DNA of 32,610 nucleotides from Macrostomum lignano (Eukaryota), in the NCBI GenBank assembly GCA_002269645.1, contig NIVC01004875.1, forward strand, positions 1 to 32,610. The letters are read 5' to 3'. Below, piece after piece: positions 17,606 through 32,610 of the stretch. The notes beneath the pieces were generated by a model, which ran no database searches, had not been told where the DNA came from, and worked only from the letters and a program-made list of their open reading frames with translations. The translations under genes and the position numbers were made by a program. Within the stretch, counting starts at the first letter, position 1, and every line of letters begins with the position of its first letter.

Positions 17606-19971
17606 GGCTAGTAGAAGCTGTGAAGAATGAGCGAAAGCCAAGTAGCGAAGAGCTTCAGTCGTGCAGTCGTGAGGTCCGAATATTGTATTCAAATTTTGAG
17701 AGACTCACTCTAAATGAGGGCCTGTTATACCTCCAGAAACCGTCCAAAAAGGGTAGGCCTTCTCGCTCTGTCTTAGTCGTTCCCGAGACGGCGAACGTCG
17801 ATGAAGTCGTCTTGAATTATCACCAAGCTCTGAATCACAGTGGGGTAACAAAAACCACGAAAGCACTAAAGAACCGTTTCAAAATCACTGCGTTAACAAC
17901 CCATGTCACAGGAATAATCTCTGAATGTGAGACTTGTGCTCGAACTAAGAAAAACAAGAAGAAAAATAAGGAACCGATGCAGCCCACCCTTGCTGGCTAT
18001 CCAGGCCAAGTGGTGCACGTGGACCATGCAGGCCCATTCTCAGAACAAGATGGCAACAGGTACCTGCTGGTTCTTATTGACCGCTTTACCAGCTGGGTCG
18101 AAATAATTCCGGTACCAGATACAACTGCCGAAACCACCGCTCAAACAATCTTGACCGAATGGGTCGTCAGGTACGGGGCGATGGAAGCAATTGTGTCCGA
18201 CAATGGCACAGCTTTCATCAATCATGTATTGGAGGAGCTGACTAGCCTCCTTGAAATCGGAAAAGTTCGGATCGTAGCTCGCCGTCCCCAAGCCAACGGC
18301 AAGGTTGAAAGGGCGATTCAGACAATAAAGAGCCAGATCCGCGCCGTGTGTCAGGACAGGGAGTGCAATTGGCCACTGGCGGCCCGCCTCGTTGGCATGT
18401 CAGTCAGAGCGTCGGAAGCTGAGTCCACCGGCTTTACGCCAGCGCGCCTATTCCTAGGGCGCGAGCTCGTATTCCCTCTAGACCTAATATATGGGTCTCC
18501 AGCGCAGGACCAGTTTCAGCCTAACAGGTTCGCCCATAAACTATATCACGAGCTTGTGTCCGTCTCGACCTTGGCCAGACAGATTCGCGGTAAAGCCCAA
18601 CAGCGCCAGAAGCGCTACTACGATCGGGGCACCCACCATTCGGTATTCAAGGAAGGTGAGCTTGTATGGGTCTTGAACCCGGACCACAAGGGTCTGGACA
18701 CGGCGGTGTGGTTGGGGCCGTACAAGATCATTGAAAAGATCTCTGACAGAAACTACCGACTTGTCCCAGAGTCAGACACCGGGATGCCGAACCCAAGGCA
18801 CAATGTTTACAACATCGACAGGCTAAAAAGGTGTGTGAGAAAGCCCGCGTACATCGATTTGATCGACAAATTCGGACAGGCATCCGCACCGGGAGAGACT
18901 CGATCTTCAAATCCGGCTCAGCAGCCCTCGACTGACAGGTCCGTCTCCACAGTCTGCGTTCAGAGGCGTTCTCTAGATCGAGACTGGGAGGAGTCGGAGG
19001 AGGGAAGTTCGATTCCTGCTAGTAGCAGGCGGAACCCGGCATCGGAAGAGCCTCCTGCCCACAGTGCTCAAGGGGCCACGTCTGGAACGACCGCTAGTAG
19101 GGTTTCAGGGTCGGTAGCGGTGACAGTCGGTGGTGAAAGTCGAGACACTGAGGAGGTCAAGCAGCAGGTCTCGAGGACCGATTCGAGCCACTCGCGGCCA
19201 GAGTCAGATCAGTTGCCAAGCGAGGAACTTGGTGACCTCAAGCTGGAGCCACAATCAGACAATTCTCCTGCCACTACAGTTACTGAGAGCGTCAGTTCTC
19301 AGACGTCTCAATCCGTTGCTGCGAGGCGCCTATCACCACCAGGTCTGGTCGAGTTGTGCGCAGGCCGGCAAGGTTCTTGGCGGCTTTTATCGATCGGTGC
19401 TCCAGGAAGGGAAGCACTGGGTCGGGGTAGTCCCTGCCCTTTCGGGGGGTGTAGTCTGCTGCCTGTGATGTGCTCCTCCGGGGTGGCTTCTGTTGCTTTG
19501 GGGCGGTGCCCTTCCGGTGTGGTTGCTCTTTGTTTTTTTCTGTGTTGCTGGCCGTTGTGGTGGGTTGCCGTGGTTATGTTTGGCTGTGTTGTGTGGTGCC
19601 TGGTGCCGTGCTGTGCGCTCCTCTGTGTGGCTGGTTATCTGTTGTTCCGTTGTCTGGTGCGGGTTTCTGCTGGCGGCAGTCGGCCGTTCATCATCTGCTG
19701 GCGGCAGTCGGCCGCTTCATCAACTGCTGGCGGCAGTCGGCCGCTTCATCATCGCTGGCGGCAGTCGGCCGCTTCATCAACTGCTGGCGGCAGTCGGCCG
19801 CTTCATCATCTGCTGGCGGCAGTCGGCCGCTTCATCATCTGCTGGCGGCATCCGGCCGCTTCATCATCTGCTGGCGGCATCCGGCCGCTTCATCATCTGC
19901 TGGCGGCAGCCGGCCGCTTCATCAACTGCTGGCCGCGCAGTGCAAGTTCTTGGCGCGGTGTTCGAGTCTGA
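17602..19971 (+). CDS. Gypsy integrase ORF2 (-1 frame relative to ORF1) with a long low-complexity C-terminal extension
   Basis: HHCC finger (YHQALNHSG...CETC), DDE core (VHVDHAGPF, VSDNGTAF, ANGKVERAI) and GPY/F motif (WLGPYKII). The frame is open from 17470 and is probably part of the same polyprotein as ORF1. Confidence 0.9.
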   Translation: MRLVEAVKNERKPSSEELQSCSREVRILYSNFERLTLNEGLLYLQKPSKKGRPSRSVLVVPETANVDEVVLNYHQALNHSGVTKTTKALKNRFKITALTTHVTGIISECETCARTKKNKKKNKEPMQPTLAGYPGQVVHVDHAGPFSEQDGNRYLLVLIDRFTSWVEIIPVPDTTAETTAQTILTEWVVRYGAMEAIVSDNGTAFINHVLEELTSLLEIGKVRIVARRPQANGKVERAIQTIKSQIRAVCQDRECNWPLAARLVGMSVRASEAESTGFTPARLFLGRELVFPLDLIYGSPAQDQFQPNRFAHKLYHELVSVSTLARQIRGKAQQRQKRYYDRGTHHSVFKEGELVWVLNPDHKGLDTAVWLGPYKIIEKISDRNYRLVPESDTGMPNPRHNVYNIDRLKRCVRKPAYIDLIDKFGQASAPGETRSSNPAQQPSTDRSVSTVCVQRRSLDRDWEESEEGSSIPASSRRNPASEEPPAHSAQGATSGTTASRVSGSVAVTVGGESRDTEEVKQQVSRTDSSHSRPESDQLPSEELGDLKLEPQSDNSPATTVTESVSSQTSQSVAARRLSPPGLVELCAGRQGSWRLLSIGAPGREALGRGSPCPFGGCSLLPVMCSSGVASVALGRCPSGVVALCFFLCCWPLWWVAVVMFGCVVWCLVPCCALLCVAGYLLFRCLVRVSAGGSRPFIICWRQSAASSTAGGSRPLHHRWRQSAASSTAGGSRPLHHLLAAVGRFIICWRHPAASSSAGGIRPLHHLLAAAGRFINCWPRSASSWRGVRV
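19668..19933. repeat. 29-nt tandem repeat (9 units plus a partial) in the retrotransposon 3' region
   Basis: Unit TGCTGGCGGCAGTCGGCCGCTTCATCA(T/A)C. Units 1 and 4 each lack one base. Confidence 0.95.
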
Positions 19972-20319
19972 GGCGTCTGCAGCACGGGTCCCGTCGATGC
20001 TGTCAGTAAATTTTGTCATAATTATCAATATTCAGTTGTCACTACTTATTCGTTATTAGGCTTCCTTGTTCGCGCGAATATCACATTTTACTCCTCTATC
20101 CAAATGCTAGCTGCGCATGCGTTTAAAAATCAATCAATCCTTGTTGCTGTTTCGTTGGAATGTTCAATTTAACTCCATCGTTCTACTTTGCGAAATTATC
20201 TTCAATTGTTCAAAAAATTCGATTTTTGCAACGCGGCCCAATCGTACCAAATTCATTTTGAAAAACAATGTTCGAAATCACTACTTGAAGTAGAAAGCGC
20301 TTCGTTTTTTTGTTTTTTT

Positions 20320-20333
20320 GGGAGAGAGGCGAG
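20320..20333 (+). promoter_or_regulatory. Polypurine tract
   Basis: GGGAGAGAGGCGAG immediately precedes the 3' LTR and follows a T-rich tract. Confidence 0.9.
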
Positions 20334-20877
20334 TGTGACGTTGGTGGTTATTTTATTCTCCCAGTTCGTCGATTAATATCTACTAAAAAGTATTTAATAT
20401 GTACTTTATTTATATCAATTGGTTTCACTTTTATGTTTATTGAAAATAGTAAGCAATGCTTTGTTTTACTGCATTAAATAGTTATATTTAACATTTTGAA
20501 TTCTGTGGCTTCGGAGAAGACTGAGCGTGGTGTGCGGCTGCTGTTCCTATCGCCAGTCATTTGATTTTAGTAAACACTGATTGATTTTAGTAAACACTGA
20601 TTGATTTTAGTAAACACTGAAAAAAACAGTAGTTCAAGATCGCTCTCAATTTAGTAGTGTGACCCACTAAGGTCATCTTCGAAGCCATTCCATTGACACT
20701 GCAATTGTTCGTTACCAGTTAGCATCAGCAATAACCACTACATGTGTAACCTGCAAATATACATAATCCGTAATCGAATTATCGGCGCCGTCAGTTATCG
20801 TCACCACTAACTGTGTGTTTACTCACTACTTTAATAGCAGCCCGTCAGCACGCGAACTCGGACCAGATATCGTCACA
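20334..20877 (+). repeat. 3' LTR
   Basis: 544 bp, TGTGACG...CGTCACA, apparently identical to the 5' LTR. Confidence 0.98.
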
Positions 20878-20996
20878 ACAGTGAAAACTTTAATGCACTA
20901 AATTAAATTCGTTGATTGCGGTGCGAAATTTTGCACAAGACAATTGATCGTGTTTACCTAAAGAAACTATTTTCCCAAACTTATAGAGTGCAAAAT

Positions 20997-22790
20997 ATGG
21001 CTCTCCTATCAAAGAGCACTTCAATAAAAGTGCTCCAGCAAGAATTTAAGAGTCTTAACGATTCCCCTGTGGAAGGATTTTTAGTACACCTAAAAAATGA
21101 CGATAACATTTATGATTGGAATGTTGTAATCTTTGGTCCTCCAGGCACTCTATACGAAGGTGGCTACCTAAAGGTGAGATTTTTCTTTTTGAATCATTTC
21201 TGCTTCACTAGCTCATCCTTTAACTAAAAGTTAGACTACAATAAGGAAACAAAAATGGCTCGAAATATTTAATATCCTTAAGTCCATAGTTTTAGTCGTG
21301 GATCTGCTAATTCCTTATAAATGCTTTCTTAAATCAAAACTTGCTCAGATTTTTACCTGGAGCAAAAATTATTGGATTTATTTTCTATGTATTTCATTTT
21401 ATGTGACTTTTATCTGAGAAAGTGATCGTGTATGTATACATATTCGGTTGCCGATTCTGCCAAAAAGTATTTACTCAGTAAAGCAGATATTCTTGCTTTT
21501 TTATTTTATGCATCTAAAAATAATCTAGACGAATCGTTTTTTGTTTAAAAAAGTTCACAAAAAAACTTCTGATCAGTAACTAAAGATTTTATATTAAATA
21601 TTTATTAATTATTAGCTGCCATGCAAACAGAGCAGGATTAGTAATCTGTTCAAATATAGAAACACAAACGAATCAATTGCCTTTTTTGTTTTTCGATAAA
21701 ATATACACAAACAAAAGTTAATACCATAGATAGAAAATTTGTTTTTACAATATTTTCTTTAAAATTTAGAATAATGAATAGGTTCAATTTCTTTAAATTA
21801 TTCTTAAAAAGCAAGTATGAAACTTTTGTTGTATATTACTTTTTTAGCATTGCAGAATCTGCATAAGCATTTAAATAACATGAAAAACTTTCAATAACAT
21901 ACACACACCAACAATGCAAAATTTTAGGCTGACTTGAAGTTTCCAAATGATTATCCATACTCTCCTCCATCAATGAAATTCGTTACGAAAATGTGGCATC
22001 CAAACATCTATGAGGTAATGGTCTGCAGCTTCCATTAATAAACTTTCAAGGTCTTCGGTGTTCAATTACTTAAATCCTTTTTTCAAACCTAGGACGGCAA
22101 GGTGTGCATATCAATTTTGCACCCACCAGGCGAGGACCCAGTTAGTGGCGAATTGCCGTCCGAACGATGGAATCCTACTCAGAATGTTCGCACTGTACTG
22201 CTCAGCGTAATTTCGCTGCTCAATGAACCCAATACCAGCTCGCCAGCCAATGTGGACGCGTCTGTCATGTATCGCAAGTGGAAGGATGGCGCCAATACGG
22301 AGTACTTTGACATTGTCAGGTGACTTCATCATCAAGTATCTTAGATTGTTCATTAAGATGCCAGCCTCTGTTTCTCTAGATTTTTACTGTGATGCCACTC
22401 CACCCGATCTGATTGTCAGTGTGATGTCATTTACTTCCACTCAGATTGTCACTGTGATGCCACTCCACCCGATCTGATTGTCAGTGTGATGTCATTTACT
22501 TCCACTCAGATTGTCACTGTGATGCCACTCCACCCGATCTGATTCTCAGTGTGATGTCACTCTCCGTTACTCCGCGGTCGCAAAATTTCAGAAGCCAAGT
22601 CGAAGTCACCAAGCAAGAGGCAGTGGCGGACGGTGTAACAGTGCCAACCCGTGTTGAAGACTACGTAGCTAAAGGATTTCCAGCTGGCGGACGAAGCGGG
22701 GTTCACGATCGAGCCGAGCAAGACGCGTTTGCCGTGTCCAACTTCGATGACGATTTGGCGGCATACTACGACGATGACGAAGACTACTGA
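20997..22790 (+). CDS. CDC34: Ubiquitin-conjugating enzyme E2, CDC34/UBE2R family
   Basis: Exons 20997-21173, 21928-22014, 22093-22319 and 22592-22790, all GT-AG and phase-compatible. Motifs: [41 protein letters not shown] (catalytic Cys), the CDC34 acidic loop [20 protein letters not shown], and an acidic tail [14 protein letters not shown] at 22917-22922. Confidence 0.96.
22386..22560. repeat. 65-nt tandem repeat (about 2.7 copies) in CDC34 intron 3
   Basis: Units start at 22386, 22451 and 22516. Each is made of two related half-units beginning (A)CTGTGATG and (A)GTGTGATG. Confidence 0.9.
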
Positions 22791-23647
22791 TTGTTTGCGC
22801 GAGAATATTTTCATTTGAGATTTTGTTTTAAAAAATTCCAATTGATTTTCATAGTCAGCTGGCTGGCTGGCATGCACTAAGCAATCAGTTGCGAGTGCTG
22901 CTTAAAGTGAAGTTCTAATAAAATATTAGAAATGCCGAACGCGCATTCTCTTCCTAGTCAAAGAAATTATTTTATTTTACGTTTACAACTTTACACTGAA
23001 ACAGACTCGGTCATTTCCGAAAATGGTTGCCATTTTTTCTGAGAACATGCAAGCTCAATCTACCTACGAGTAAAAAGCATCTTTGAACTACCGAAAAGAA
23101 ATTTAAAAAAATAATTTTTTGAGGTCTCATTATTTAAAAGCTTTCTTTATAGAATCGGCATTATGAAATTGCGCCAGCGACATCATTCAGCTTGCTTCCC
23201 TAGTATAGCGAGTGTGCAATTGGTGCAATTCTGCCGAAACCGGTAGGAAGTGCTCGCCATCAAAACATGAGTCTCTCTCTCTCTCTTCGTAGAACTGAAT
23301 ATAGTCGTTTGGAAAACTACCCGAAAGACAGGGTGGAGTTGCCATCTGCTCTCAGTCTGGCCTTAAAAAAACCGAATCTGTAAAACGCAAGGCCACAATT
23401 TTTTAAACAGAGCAAGTCCAGCATTGCTAACTTATAGCCAGTCCGACACAATGAGATGCTACTGTTGCTGAGAGAGAGAGAGGGAGAGAAGTGGAGCGCA
23501 CTAGGGGTCCTGTGTGTGTGGGTGTCTCTAATGTCACTGCCTGCTGGCTCGTATTAATCCAGCCAACGATTCTGTGACCAATTCGCTCTCCACTTGTCCT
23601 TCATTCTCGTCCAGTTTCGACAAGACCGAGGAGGGCCCGCCCAGTGT

Positions 23648-23655
23648 TATAAAAG
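23648..23655 (+). promoter_or_regulatory. Candidate TATA box of the mucin-like gene
   Basis: TATAAAAG lies about 150 nt upstream of the ATG at 23806. Position only; no TSS data. Confidence 0.5.
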
Positions 23656-23805
23656 AACTCGCAGCTCTTAAAAAGCAAGAACATTCAATCAACATTCTTT
23701 CAAACTATCTTTATAGACCAGAGACTGCTTCGGCATATTTTCACCTTGCTTTAGCTGAGATTGCGATTAAATTGAGCGCTAATCGAAGGAGATTTTGAAT
23801 TCAAA

Positions 23806-31986
<8,181 letters not shown>

Positions 31987-32610
31987 GTAAGAGTTTTTCA
32001 ATGGTACATTTGTGGAGAACCTATCAAAAATTTTCCTGGTTTATTTTTCAATCGGTTCTAATTGGCTCCTTAGTTTGAGGCCTGATTACAGCGATTCTAA
32101 TGCAAAGCCGCTATCCACTAGCTCCTAAACCAGATTCGTGAACTATAAGAAAGTGAGCGTACTATTAAACAGCTCTCGATAAGCCAAGGGCCGATTTTTT
32201 ATCTAAGTTTTCACTTTCATCAGCCTGGCTTCAATCGTTGAGTGTTAAGACCTTAACTGTGAAAGCGCACGTTCGAATTTGCACGTACGCTCGTACTTAA
32301 CCATCAGAGCGCGACACTTTTTAGAACCATCGATATCTAACTTCTTTTTCGTCAGGTGCACTGCCTGCCTGCCTGCAGTTAGTAACTTCATATCAGTCAT
32401 CGGAGGCCCATCCAAGTCATAGACGCTAGATAAGGAGATTATTGAAAATCAGTTTCATAAAAAGTAACTTATATTCGTCAAAAAGCTTGAAATATCTTCG
32501 CATATAGTGTCTGCGACTCTCCCAAATATGATATCTATTACGAGTAAGACCGTATCAGAGTCACTTTTCCTGATGGTGCAATCACAAATTAGGTGGTTTA
32601 CTGATGACCC

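Larger units (their letters stand above)
12163..20877 (+). mobile_element. Complete Ty3/Gypsy LTR retrotransposon (8715 bp)
   Basis: Two 544-bp LTRs, 4-bp TSD ACAG (12159-12162 and 20878-20881), PBS, PPT, and the domain order gag-PR-RT-RNase H-IN. Confidence 0.98.

Noticed and set aside
19465-19670. env-like transmembrane gene
   Set aside because: No separate ORF with a signal peptide, furin site or fusion motif; the hydrophobicity follows from G/T skew.
32240-32320. Minus-strand tRNA/SINE-like head (GCTCTGATGGTTAAG...ATTCGAAC)
   Set aside because: The box matches are too degenerate and there is no second copy in the window.

Overview
Eukaryotic (animal) genomic DNA with GT-AG introns, AT-rich non-coding DNA and many repeats; no prokaryotic features or CRISPR arrays. 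A flatworm such as Macrostomum is a guess from general sequence character, not a proven assignment. Left to right: a tRNA-derived SINE fragment; a 43-nt pyrimidine-rich minisatellite; the first coding exon of an unidentified minus-strand polyQ gene; a 152-bp palindromic element; a non-autonomous hAT element (18-bp TIRs, 8-bp TSD); a three-exon ALKBH8 gene on the minus strand (RRM, AlkB dioxygenase, Trm9-like methyltransferase); a decayed mariner; a complete, very young Ty3/Gypsy LTR retrotransposon (12163-20877; 544-bp LTRs identical by eye, ACAG TSD, tRNA-Gln PBS, PPT); a four-exon CDC34/UBE2R gene starting 119 bp after the 3' LTR; and a large secreted mucin-like gene with eight Cys-bounded discoidin-like domains separated by Thr-rich linkers, probably continuing past the window. 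The most striking observation is a cold-shock domain (UNR/CSDE1-like) in frame in the retrotransposon polyprotein, between the CCHC zinc knuckle and the protease, giving a Lin28-like pairing of RNA-binding modules in the nucleocapsid region. Five reading-frame breaks are each repairable by adding one base to a short homopolymer, which suggests assembly errors rather than biology.
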